Source of the DNA: the human T2T-CHM13v2.0 reference genome, Homo sapiens
Reading direction: 5' to 3' (one strand)
Length of the DNA: 64,000 nucleotides
Assembly: GCF_009914755.1 (NCBI RefSeq)
Contig: NC_060926.1
Shown here: one piece after another, positions 52,501-64,000 of the stretch
Layout of the letters: each line of letters opens with the position of its first letter
Numbering within the stretch: the stretch's first letter is position 1
The notes under the pieces: generated by a model
Seen by the model: only the letters and a program-made list of their open reading frames with translations
The model's database searches: none
What the model was told of the DNA's origin: nothing
Program-made: the position numbers and the translations under genes

Positions 52501-53959
52501 ACCACTTGATACAATTCAATACACATTCACCCATTCATGATAAAAATTCTTATGTAAATAGAAACATAATGGAACTTCCTGAACCTCATAAAAAAAAATT
52601 CACAAAATCCTATAAAAAACCTCATGCTAAATGGTGAAAGATAATTTCTCACTCAAGTTCAGAAAGAAGGCAAGGATGCTCATTCTCAGTGTTCTTACTC
52701 AACAGTGTTCTGAATGCAATGTAATATGCAAAACAATGCAGTAAGGCAATAAATAAATATATACGATCACAGTGGAAAAATTAAAACTACATCTATTCAA
52801 ACATAACATGATCATGTATACAGAAAATTCTAAGGAATTCATCCAAAAAAGTTACTAGAAATAACAAATTAATTTAACATGTTTGCAGAATATAAAATCA
52901 ATATACAAGAATCAATTGTATTTTCTTACACTATTAACAAACAATTAGATCACTGTTACCTCTGACCAAAATAAATTTAAAAGACCAGAATTACCCTCTC
53001 AGATGAAATAATTAAAAAGTCAGAAAAAATATATAAAGTAACTGATAAAAACAAGCAGACAAGATACAGAAGCCTTTAAGAATACTATTAAAAATTTTGA
53101 CATAAATAATAACTGAATCTGGCAACTGCATAATTCATATCTCTGTAAGTACAAACAATATTTATCTAAACTGACGGTATGCTGGGCAATAGAGTAAATT
53201 TTAACTCATTTGAAAGTACTGGAATTATAAAGCATATTATCTAAGTAGAATGGAATAAAGCTAAAATATAATTTTAAAAAAACAACTAGAGAATCTTCAT
53301 GTGTTTAGAATATTAAGCAATAGACTTCTAAATAAATCATTTTTTAAACAAGACTCAAAATGAAAATTAGAAAGTGTTTTTTACTAAATGATAATGAAAA
53401 TATTGCATACTAATGTTTGTGGGATGTGATTAAAGCCATGATCAGAAGACATTTTTTATAGAAATAGAATAATTGTATAAATGGTTATCTTAAGAAATTA
53501 TAAAATTAGCAGTAAATTAAAAGGTAAGGAAAGGAGAAAATGAAGTCAAAAATTCCATACAAAGGATTAGCAAAGCCCAAATTGGTCCTTTGACAAAGCC
53601 TTGACAAATAAAATTTATAAACACCTACTGAGGACAATCAGAAGAAGAAAAGAGAAAGCAAATTTACCAAGAAGTCTTTAATAAAATTTAACGTCTACTC
53701 ACCACTCAAAAAAAAAATAATAATAATAGAACAACAAAAAAGAACCTGTTACAAAAATAAGAAAGAAAACCTTCCTTATCTGGGTAAGGATACCTAGGAA
53801 AATAAAGAAAGATCAAATAAATAAAAACCTACAGAAAACATCACATTTAATAATAAAATAATGAAAGCTTTTCCTCTGTGGTTGAAATAAGACAAGAATG
53901 TTTACTGTCAGCATTTCAATAGAACATTATATTGGAGGTTTTAGCCAGTGAATGCAATA

Positions 53960-54100
53960 AAATGAAAAAGAAGGAGGAAGAGGAAAAGGAGAATGAGGAA
54001 GGAGAGAGGAGGGGAAGGAGGGAAAAGAAGTGGGGAAGGAAAAGGGAAAGAAAGGAATGGGGGAAGGAAAAATGGCATAAGGATTGGAAAGGGAAAAAAA
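53960..54100. repeat. Purine-rich (GA/GGA) low-complexity tract
   Basis: About 140 bp almost purely A/G on the + strand. Confidence 0.9.
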
Positions 54101-55059
54101 CAAATTACTTTTACTCACAAAAGGTGTAACAATACCTAGAGAAGCTAAAAGTATCTATAGACAAATTAGAAAAATTTATGAGTTTAGCAGGATTGCTGGT
54201 TACATCAATGTACAATATATATAAAATTGCCTTTCTATACAGCAGCAACAAAGTATAAAAACAAATTTTTAAATATTACTTATATTGGATAAAAATCAAA
54301 TACCTATAAAACAATTATTAAGATAAAGAAGATTTCACAATGAATGATAGACCACCTTCAGAAGTTGGGAAGACACAAAATCATAAAGTTATTAGTTCTC
54401 CCCTAAATTGCTCTGTAGATTAAATGCAATCCTAATCAAAGCTTGGCAGTGTTTGTTGTGGAAATTGACAAGCTGCTTTGAAATTTATTTTATTTCAAAA
54501 TGCTAAGGGCTGAGAATACCTAAGACAATTTTGAAGGGCAAAGTTGGAAGACTTATGATACTAGATATAAAGACTTATCACAAAGCTACATTAATGATGG
54601 CCATGCGTTACTGGAGCAAACGAAGACAAATAGACTAATTCAATTGTGCAGAACAGAGTCTGAAACAGAACTATATATACAGAAATTCTTGATTTGTGAC
54701 AAAAGTGGAGTGCAGAGCAGTGGAGAAACAGAGGTCTTCTGTAACCAATTGCTAGGTCAACATGTTTTTCCCATAGGAAAAAGAAAAGAATCATGATCTT
54801 ATCTCACATCATGCTCAAAAATCAGTTCTGGTAGGAGTGTGGATCTCAGTGTGAAAAGTAAAGCAATAAATCTTCTGGAAAATAATATGAACATATTTTT
54901 GAGATGACAAATCTTATAACTTAGATGACTTAATTATACACAAACTTCTATCTCTCAAAAAATACCAGAAAGACCGCTAAAGTCAAGACTCAGAGCAAGA
55001 GAAGATTTTTGCAACATTTAGAACCAAAAATAGAAAAAAAGTCCTTCAAAATAATAAGA

Positions 55060-55064
<5 letters not shown>

Positions 55065-55093
<29 letters not shown>
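55065..55093. repeat. (AC)n microsatellite
   Basis: About 14 perfect units, directly visible. Confidence 0.95.
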
Positions 55094-55097
<4 letters not shown>

Positions 55098-55229
55098 CGA
55101 ACAAGAGACTTAAACAAGCTCTTCACAAAAAGAGTATACTCAATTATCCAGCAGACATAAGAAAAACTACTCAACTGCTTTCATAATAAGGAAATGCGAA
55201 ATAATACCACAAGCAAGGGTAGGCGAGGC

Positions 55230-55240
55230 CAAGATGGCCG
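55230..55240 (+). promoter_or_regulatory. YY1 site at the L1 5' end
   Basis: caagatggccg at about +13 of the element, the canonical position of the L1 YY1 motif. Confidence 0.75.
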
Positions 55241-56319
55241 ACTAGAAGCAGTGGCAATAGGAGGCTCCCATTGAAAAGATTCAAAACAGCGTGCAAATCC
55301 TGCACAGGCAACCAAGGTATCCAGATTCTGTCATTAGGACTGACTAGGCAGCTGGTGTGACCCACAGAGAGGAAGCAAGAGCAGTGTGGTGCGGTGGCCC
55401 ACCTGAGAGCCACAAGGGGCAGGGGAGCCTCCACCCTCATCCCAGGGAGTAGGTGAGTGAGTATGCTACCCAGCCTGGGAAACCATGCTTTTTCCACAGA
55501 ACTGTGCAACCCATGGATTGGAAGATCCCACTCAGAAGCCCATGCAACCAGGGCCTTGGGCCCAGACCATGGAGCCACCCAGATTCTCAACACCCACTTG
55601 GCTAGAATCAGCCTAAGCCTGCAGAGTTCCCAGGGAGAGGGGTGGCCATCACCACTGCTGCGGCTGCCTGTGGTGTAAGCTGTCTGAGCTCCTTGGTGGA
55701 GGGGTGGCAGCAAACACTGCAGCTGCAGGGCTTCCCTTCAGTGACTCCAACTTCAGCCAGGGACTTAGGGACAGAACTCTGATCTCTCTGGGCCTGAGCC
55801 CCTAGTGGAAGGGGTGGCCATAGTCTCCATGGATCAGCAGAATTAATCTTTCCTCCTACTAGCTCTGAGGAATCCAGGCAGCCCAGAAGTGTGAGTTTCC
55901 CCACAGTGCAGCACACCCCTTCCACCAAGGGACAGCCAAAGTGCCTCGTTAAATGGGTCCTGCTTCCTGTGCCACCCAACTGGGTAAGAACCCCCAACAG
56001 GAGTTATCAGACATCCTATATAGGAGCATCAGGTCAGTGCCCCTCAAGGTCAGAGATCCCAGAGGAAGGAGCAGGCACCCATCTTTGCTATTCTCCAGCC
56101 TCCTTGAGTGACATCTCCAGGTGCAGGAGTGAACCAGATGAATAGAGTCTGAAGTGACCCCCCAGCAAACCGCAGCAGGAGCCCTACAGAAGAGGAAGCT
56201 GACTATTGAAAGAAAAACGAACAGAAGACAACAACAACAGCATCAACAAAAATGTCCCCACAAAAACCTCATCCAAGGGTCAGCAGCTTCAAAGATTGAA
56301 ACTAGACAAACTCATGAAA

Positions 56320-57340
56320 ATGAGAAAGAATCAATGAAAAAATGGTGAAAACTCAAAAGGCCAGAGTGCCTCCTCTCCTCCAAATGATCACAACACCTCT
56401 CCAGCAAGGGCGCAGAACTGAACAGAGAATGAGATAGACGCATTGACAGAAGTAGGCTTCAGAAGGTGGATAATAACAAACTTCACTGCGGTAAAGGAGC
56501 ATGTTCTAACCCAATGCAAAGAAGCTAAGAACCTTGATAAAAGGTTAGAGGAGCTGCTAACTAGAATAACCAGTTTAGAGAGGAACATCAATGACCTGAT
56601 GGAGCTGAAAAACGCAGCACGAGGACTTTGTGAAGCATGCACAAGTATCAATATTCGAATCAATCAAGCAGAAAAAATAATATCAGAGATGGAAAACTAT
56701 CTTGCTGAAACAAGGCAGGCAGAGAAGATTAGAGAAAAAAGAATGAAAAGTAACAAACAAAACCTCCTAGAAATATGGGACTATGTAAAAAGACCGAACC
56801 TATGACTAATAGGAGTACCTGAAAGAGACAGGGAGAATGGAACCAAGTTGGAAAACACACTTCAAGATATTATCCAGGAAAACTTCCCCAACCTAGCAAG
56901 ACAGGCCAACATTCAAATTCAGGAAATACAGAGAACCCCACTAAGATACTCCACGAGGAGATCAATCCCAAGACACATAATCATCAGATTCTACAAGATC
57001 AAAACGAAGGAAAATATGTTAAGGGAAGCCAGACAGAAAGGCCTGGTCACAAACGGGAGCCCATCAGACTAACAGTGTCTGTGTCTCAGCAGAAACCCTA
57101 CAGGCCAGAAGAGAGTGGAGGCCAATATTCAACATTCTTAAGGAAAAGGATTTTCAAACCAGAATTTCATATCTGGCCAAACTAAGCTTCATAAGCAAAG
57201 GAGAAATAAAATCCTTTTCCGACAAGCAAATGCTGATGAAATGCGTTACCACCAGGCCTGCCTTGCAAGAGCTCCTGAAGGAAGCACTAAATATGGAAAG
57301 GAAAAACTGGTACCAGCTGTTGCAAAACACAAAAAAATAA
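56320..57340 (+). pseudogene. L1 ORF1p, disrupted
   Basis: Fragments ...LEIWDYVKRPNL and ENTLQDIIQENFPNLARQANIQIQEIQRTP, broken by stops and frameshifts. Confidence 0.9.
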
Positions 57341-57405
57341 AAAGACCAATGACACTATGAAGAAACACCATCAACTAGTGTGCAAAATAACCAGCTAGCA
57401 TCATC

Positions 57406-60400
57406 ATGACAGGATCAAATTCACACATAACAATATTAACCTTAAATGTAAAAGGGCTAAATGCCCCCCAGTTAAAAGACACAGACTGGCAAATTGAATA
57501 AAGAGTCAAGATCCATCAATGTGCTATATTCAAAAGACCCATCTCACGTGCAAAGGCACACATAGGCTCAAAATAAAGGGATGGAGGAAATTTTACCAAG
57601 CAAATAGAAAGCAGAAAAAAGCAGGGGTTGCCATCCTACTCTCTGACAAAACAGACTTAAAACCAACAAAGATCAAAAAAGGCAAAGAAGAGCAATACAT
57701 AATGCTAAAGGGACCAATTCAACAACAAGAGCTAACTATACTAAATATATATGCACCCTACACAGGAGACCCAGATTAATAAAACAAATTCTTAGAGACC
57801 TACAAAGAGACTTAGACTCCCACACAATAATAGTGGAGACTTTAACTCGTACTGTCAATATTAGACAGATCAATGAGACAGAAAATTAGCCCATATTACC
57901 TGAATACCTTAACAAGGATATTCAGGACTTGAACTCAGCTCTGGATAAAGTGGACCTAATAGATATGTACAGAACTCTCCAACCCAAAACAACAGAATAT
58001 ACATTTTTCTCAGTATCACATGGAACTTACTCTAAAATTAACTACATAATCAGAAGTAAAACACTCCTCAGCAAATGCAAAAAAACTGAAATCGTAACAA
58101 ACAGTCTCTCAGATCACAGTGCAATCAATTTAGAACTCAGGATTAAGAAATTCACTCAAAACCACACAGCTGCATGGAAGTTGAACAACTTGCTCCTGAA
58201 TGACTCCTGGGCAAATAATGAAATTAAGGCAGAAATCAACAAGTTCATTAAAACCAATGAGAGCAAACAGACAATGTACCAGAATCTCTGGGACGCAGCT
58301 AAAGCAGTATTAAGAGGGAAATTTATAGCACTAAATGCCCACATCAGAAAGCTAGAAATATCTCAAATTGACACTCTAAAATCACAATTAAAAGAACTAG
58401 AGAAGCAAGAGCAAACAAATCCAAAGCTAGTGTAATGCAAGAAGTAAGTAAGATCAGAGCAGAACTGAAGCAAATAGGGGCACAAAAAACCCTTCAAAAG
58501 TATCAATGAATCCAGAAACTGGTTTTTTTTCTTCTTAAAATTCTTAATAAAATAGACTACTAGCTAGAATAATGAAAAAGAAAAGAGAGAAGAATAAAAT
58601 AGACACAATAAAAAAATGATGAAGGGGATATCACCACTGACCCCACAGAAATAGAAACTACCGTCAGAGAATATTGTAAACACTCCTATGGAAATAAACT
58701 AGAAAATCTAGAAGAAATGGATAAATACCTGTACATATACACCCTCCCAAGACTAAACCAGGAAGAAGTCGAATCCCTGAATAGACCAATAACAAGTTCT
58801 GAAACTAAGACAGTAGCCTACCAACCGAAATAGCCTACCAACCAAAAAAAGCCCAGGACCAGACGGATTCACAGCCGAATTCTATCGGAAGTACAAAGAG
58901 GAGCTGGTGCCATTCCTTCGGAAACTATACTAAACAACTGAAAATAGAGACTCATCCCTACCTCATTTTATGAGGCCAGCATCATCCTGATACCAAAACC
59001 TGGCAGAGGCACAATAACAAAAAAAAAAACTTTAGGCCAATATCCCTGATGAACATCAATACGAAAATCAATAAAATACTGGCAAACTGAATCCAATAGC
59101 ATATCAAAAAGCTTATCCACCACAATCAAGTCGTCTTCATCCCTGGGAGGCAAGGCTGGTTCAACATATAAAAATCAATAAACATTATCACACAAGCAGA
59201 ACCAATGACAAAAACCACCTGATTATCTAAATAGATTCAGAAAAGGCCTTCTATAAAATTCAATATCCCTTCATGCTAAAAAGTCTCAATAAACTAGGCA
59301 TCCATGGAAGATACCTCAAAATAGCAAGAGCTATTTATGACAGACCCACAGCCAATATCATACTGAATGGGCAAAAGCAGGAAGCATTCCCTTTGAAAAC
59401 TGGCACAAGACAAGGATTCCCTCTCTTACCACTCCTATTCAACAAAGTATTGGACGTTCTGGCCAGGGCAATCAGGCAAGAGAAAGAAATAAAAGGTATT
59501 CAAATAGGAAGAGAGGAAGTCAAATTGTCTCTGTTTACAGACGACAGGATCCTATATTTAGAAAACCCCATCATCTCAACCCAAAATCTCCATAAGCTGA
59601 TAAGCAACTTCAGCAAAGTCTCAGGGTACAAAATCAATGTGCAAAAATCACAAGCATTCCTATTTACCAACAGTAGATAAGCAGAGAGCTAAATCATGAA
59701 AGAACTCCATCCACAATTGCTACAAAGAGAATAAAATACCTAGGAATACAGCTAACAAGGGACGTGAAGGACCTCTTCAAGGAGACCTACAAACCACTGC
59801 TCAAGGAAATCAGAGAGGACACAGACAAATGGAACAACATTCCATCCTCAGGGATAGGAAAAATCAGTATGGTGAAAATGGCTATACTGGCCAAAGTAAT
59901 TATAGATACAATGCTATTCCCATCAAACTACCATTGACATTCTTCACAGAATTAGAAAAAAACTACTTTAAAATTCATATGGAACCAAAAAGAGCCTGCG
60001 TAGCCAAGACAATCCTAAGCAAAAAGAACAAAACTGGAGGCATCACGCTACCTGACTTCACACTATACTACAAGGCTACACTAACCAAAACAGCATAGTG
60101 CTGGTACCAAAGAAGACATATAGACCAATGGAACAGAATAGAGACCTCAGAAATAAGACCACACATCTACAACCATCTGATCTTCAACAAACCGGACAAA
60201 AGCAAGCAATGGGGAAAGAATTCCCTATTTAATAAACGGTGCTGGGAAAACTGACTGGCCATATGCAGACAACTGAAACTGGATCCCTTCCTTACACCTT
60301 ATACAAAAATTAACTCAAGGTAGATTAAAGACTTGAATGTAAGACCCAAAACCATAAAAACCCTAGAAGAAAACCTAGACAATACCATTCAGGACATAGG

Positions 60401-61246
60401 CATGGGCAAAGATTTTACCATGAAATCACCAAAAACAATTGCTAAAATTAACAAATGGGATCTAATCAAACTAAAGAGCTTCTGCACAGCAAAAGAAACT
60501 ATCATCAGAGCGAACACACAACCTACAGAATGGGAGAAAATTTTTGCAATCTATCCATCTGACAAAAGTCTAATATCGACAAGAAACTTAAACAAATTTA
60601 CAAGAAAAAAACAGACAACCCCATCAAAAAGTGGGCAAAGGATATAAGCAGACACTTCTCAAAAGGAGACATTTATGCAGCCAACAAACATATGAAAAGA
60701 AGCTCATCATCACTGGTCATTACAGAAATGCAAATCAAAACCACAATGAGATATCATCTCACAGCAGTCAGAATGGCAATTATTAAAAAGTCAGAAAACA
60801 ACAGATGCTGGAGAGGATGTGGAGAAATAGGAATGTTTTTACATTGTTAGTGGCAATGTAAATTAGTTCAACCATTGTGAGAAACTGTATGGTGATTCCT
60901 CAAGGATCTAGAACCAGAAATATCATTTGACCCAGTAATCCCATTACTTGGTATATACCCAAAGGAACATAAATTATTCTATTATAAAGATACATGCACG
61001 CTTATATTTATTGCAGCACTATTCACAATCGCAAAGACATGGAACCAACCCAAATGCCCATCAGTGATAGACTGGATTAAGAAAATGTGGCACATATACA
61101 CCATGGAATACTATGCAGCCACAAAAAGGAATGAGTTCATGTCCTTTGCAGGGACATGGATGAAGCTGGAAGCCATCATCCTCAGCAAACTAACAGAGGA
61201 ACAGAAAACCAAACACTGCCTATTCTCACTCATAAGTGGGAGTGGA
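57406..61246 (+). pseudogene. L1 ORF2p (EN-RT), disrupted
   Basis: ATG ACA GGA TCA start and endonuclease fragments (SDHSAI). The RT motif is mutated to LFTDD (59531-59545). There are many stops and frameshifts. Confidence 0.92.
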
Positions 61247-61899
61247 ACAATGAGAACACATGAACACAGGGGAGGGAACAACACACACCAAGGCCTGTCA
61301 GGGGTGGGAGGTGGCCACGAGGGAAGGGAAAGCATCAGGACAAATAGCTAATGCAAGCAGGGCTTAAAACCTAGTTAACAGGTTGATAGGTGCATCAAAC
61401 CACCATGGCACATGTATACCTATGTAACAAACCTGCAGGTTCTGCACATGTATCCCAGAACTGAAAGTTAAAATAATAATAATAATAATACCACAAGCAA
61501 GTCTCAATGTAACATCAATAAAAAACTCACAATATCAATGTTGTAAGACAGTGGAACAAAACAGGAATTCATATGTTGTTCTTAGAGACATAAATTGTTA
61601 CATCCACTTTGGGAAACTATTTGGTGTTATCCAATAAAGTCGAATATATGCATACCCTGTATATCATTCCTACACATATAGCTAACAAATTTTGCATTGG
61701 AAAATATAAGAATGTCCACAGTGGCTTTTTCTTTAAGAGCTAAAATTAGCAAGGTAATGTAGAAAATGGTAAATGGATGAATAGCACATTCATACAATGG
61801 AATATACTTTACGCAATGGAAATGAACAAATATCAACTAGGTGCTACAATATAGACGAATCTCACAAACATAATATTGAGCAGAAGATTCCAGAAGCAT

Positions 61900-62325
61900 T
61901 CCGACAGAGGTGCAGCCGATGGTGGTGCTGCTAGCAAGAAACAGGGAGGGTGGCCACTATGCCCTGCCCCAAGATGCTGCAAGGCTTGCACCCAGGACAG
62001 GAACCCTCCCTTGTCAGGGGCAGAGAGCAAGATGGATCTCAGGCAGGCACACTCCAAGAGGCTCTGCTGCCAGGACAACAGAGGGCTGGAGAGTAGACAG
62101 TTGAGTTCTGATTCCAGAGTGGCAGCAGGGAGTGAGCCTCAGCATGAGTCCAGACTCCAAACCCCAGTGCATGCTCAATTGTCCCATCAGACTTCACTTA
62201 CAAAACACAAATTCTAGGAGAGAATTATTAGGAATTTTGAGATTGCAAACACACAAGCACAGGGCCCTTTTGAACATGTGTCCCTATGTGACTGCACTAG
62301 CCACATACCCATGAGGCCTGTCCTG
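61900..62325 (-). mobile_element. MER45-family hAT-Tip100 DNA transposon fragment
   Basis: gcatgctcaattgtcccatcagacttcacttacaaaacacaa...cccatgaggcctgtcctg is the reverse complement of the MER45 5' end. It sits inside an L1ME 3' end. Confidence 0.75.
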
Positions 62326-62339
62326 CTTCAAATACAAAA

Positions 62340-63660
62340 GAATACATACTGGGTAACATATAAAAACATATATAGTTTTTAAAATTGGGTGGGGACCAGT
62401 TCTCCTTGGAGAAATGGCTGATTCTATGTCTCAGACATGGAAAGTACAAAGTGAAAACATGGGCCAGTGGGTGTCAGAAAGCAAGGAAGTATTCAAAAAC
62501 TGCTAGGAATCTATCAAATGGATAGAAGAGCCAGTTTAAAGGTGCTCCCACTGGCCACATTTGGGATGACTTGGGCACCAGAATTAGTAACTGTAATTTG
62601 TTGCATTGCATTGAATAAATAAAAATTCCTGAAAATATCATCATGCTTATAAAGAAAATGCAAGAGGGCAAATAGGGAAGGAAAGAAAGGACGGTGAGAG
62701 GGAAGGCAGAAAGAAGGAAAAGACACTCACTTGCTATCATTGCAGGCAATAATTATTCAACTCCTTAACTTGAAAACTGGTGATTGAAGGGAAAAGAAGT
62801 AAGCATTTACCTCACATGTTAAAATTAAACTATAACTCACTGCCAGTTGATGGTTTAAAATGTTATTACAGAAAAAAAGGGATGTATTAAAAGTAGAAGA
62901 AATGATCCTTTTAAAATGAAATGTAATTTTAAAAAATAATTCAGTAAAAGATTATCAGTGGGTGCTAAAACCATCAGAAGGAAAGTTGATGGAATGGGAT
63001 ATTCACATTTTATGGACGTCTCACTCTTAGGATTGTCCGCTGTGAAAGGGAAAATTTACCTTTGCAATAGAGAAATCTTGTAGTTACCACCTTAACTAAG
63101 TAATCAAACCTAGTATCACTAATAGTGTCACTTTACATCTCCTGATGCAATACAGGATCTTGTGAAAATCTCTTTGCCAAAAATGATTGATTGAATCTAT
63201 TTGAGCCTTTAGACCTATTCTACAGTTTATAGGAAATACAGGGGTAAAGAAACCAATTAAAGGACACCACGAGAAGCAAACAAACAAACTCAAAATGCAG
63301 ACATTCCACTAAATAACTGGTCTTGTCTTCTAAATAATTAAATGTGAAAAATAAAATTGTGGGACGGCTATTTTAGACTAATGGGACATAACCCAAAATT
63401 TTTACTCACGACATTTACTGTTAGTTAATACATGAGAATTGTTGTGAAATTTCTAGGTGCAACAATTGTATTATACCTATGTGACAGAATGTCCTTATTT
63501 TTAGGAGATGTATCTGCACTGTTTTGGAGGACAATTTTCTCAGAAATGATTCTGCAGACAGACTAAAATGTTAACGACTGTGGAGTCTCAATGGAAGGCA
63601 TGCAAATGTTAACTCTATTAATATTTCAACTTTTCTGTATGTTGGAAAAATTTTTAATGG
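62340..63660 (+). mobile_element. L1MC-type 3'UTR
   Basis: ttggagaaatggctgattcta, and ttgaatctatttgagcctttagacc...aggaaatacagggg, homologous to the 7.3 kb and 26.1 kb copies. Confidence 0.65.
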
Positions 63661-63676
63661 TGTCAAAGTCTTATTG

Positions 63677-63870
63677 TAACTTACAAACTTTCTCTTTAAC
63701 AGCTAAAACTTTCCTTTGAACAAAATCTTCCAAAGCCTTGTGGAAAATAAAGCAGACACCACCAGAACTGTTCTGATTGAAGCAGGTTAATGGTGCATCG
63801 CTATCAGCAACCCCCTCACCCCTCAAAGGCATGCCTGAAGCCTTCAGAGAAACTCAGTTTTAAACCACTG
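63677..63870 (+). mobile_element. MER117-like hAT-Charlie element
   Basis: caaactttctctttaacagc...gaactgttctgattgaagcagg...cagttttaaaccactg. Confidence 0.55.
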
Positions 63871-64000
63871 GCTTAGTAAATTATTCCCCATAGTGACAAG
63901 AAGGGCTGGAGGGCAGCAGAGCACCAAGTACCTAAAGAAAAAAGTGTGCACAGAGAAAAGGGCATAAAAAAGAAAGATGACAGAGAAATTAAGATACATT

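Larger units (their letters stand above)
51816..55199 (+). mobile_element. Old L1M ORF2 remnants (probably more than one element)
   Basis: caaagaaaattctaagtcc..., aaaactacagaccaatat, and further degenerate ORF2 motifs up to the L1PA insertion. The host resumes at 61502. Confidence 0.65.
55218..61483 (+). mobile_element. Full-length degenerate L1PA (L1PA8-10-like), about 6.27 kb
   Basis: 5'UTR, ORF1, ORF2, 3'UTR and an (AAT)n tail. The perfect 18-bp TSD aataataccacaagcaag is at 55200-55217 and 61484-61501. Confidence 0.95.

Noticed and set aside
61301-61328. G-quadruplex-like G runs
   Set aside because: This is the ordinary G-rich tract of the L1 3'UTR, with one long loop, and is not locus-specific.

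Overview
AT-rich simian primate genomic DNA (Alu, THE1 and L1PA content; human or another ape or monkey, not distinguishable here). It is dominated by nested transposable elements. I recognise no host protein-coding exon, RNA gene or CRISPR array. Almost all ORFs in the track are L1 or MaLR remnants or low-complexity noise. Main elements: two complete THE1 proviral elements plus a solo THE1B LTR; two 5'-inverted (twin-primed) L1s; a full-length degenerate L1PA8-10-like element with a perfect 18-bp TSD; a long L2 nested in an old L1; several other LTRs (MLT1, LTR47, LTR16, LTR8); Alus, MIRs and DNA-transposon relics (MADE2, MER5A, MER45, MER117). A repeat-poor island spans about 34-50 kb. I found no convincing new biological system. 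The best leads are two frame-preserving minus-strand microexon candidates (18 and 24 nt), a tail-less L1 5'UTR-only insertion between 6-bp direct repeats, DUX4-motif presence or absence among THE1 LTRs, a trimeric Alu, and templated fold-back repair scars. Subfamily names come from recalled consensus motifs, not a database run. Boundaries without a TSD are approximate.
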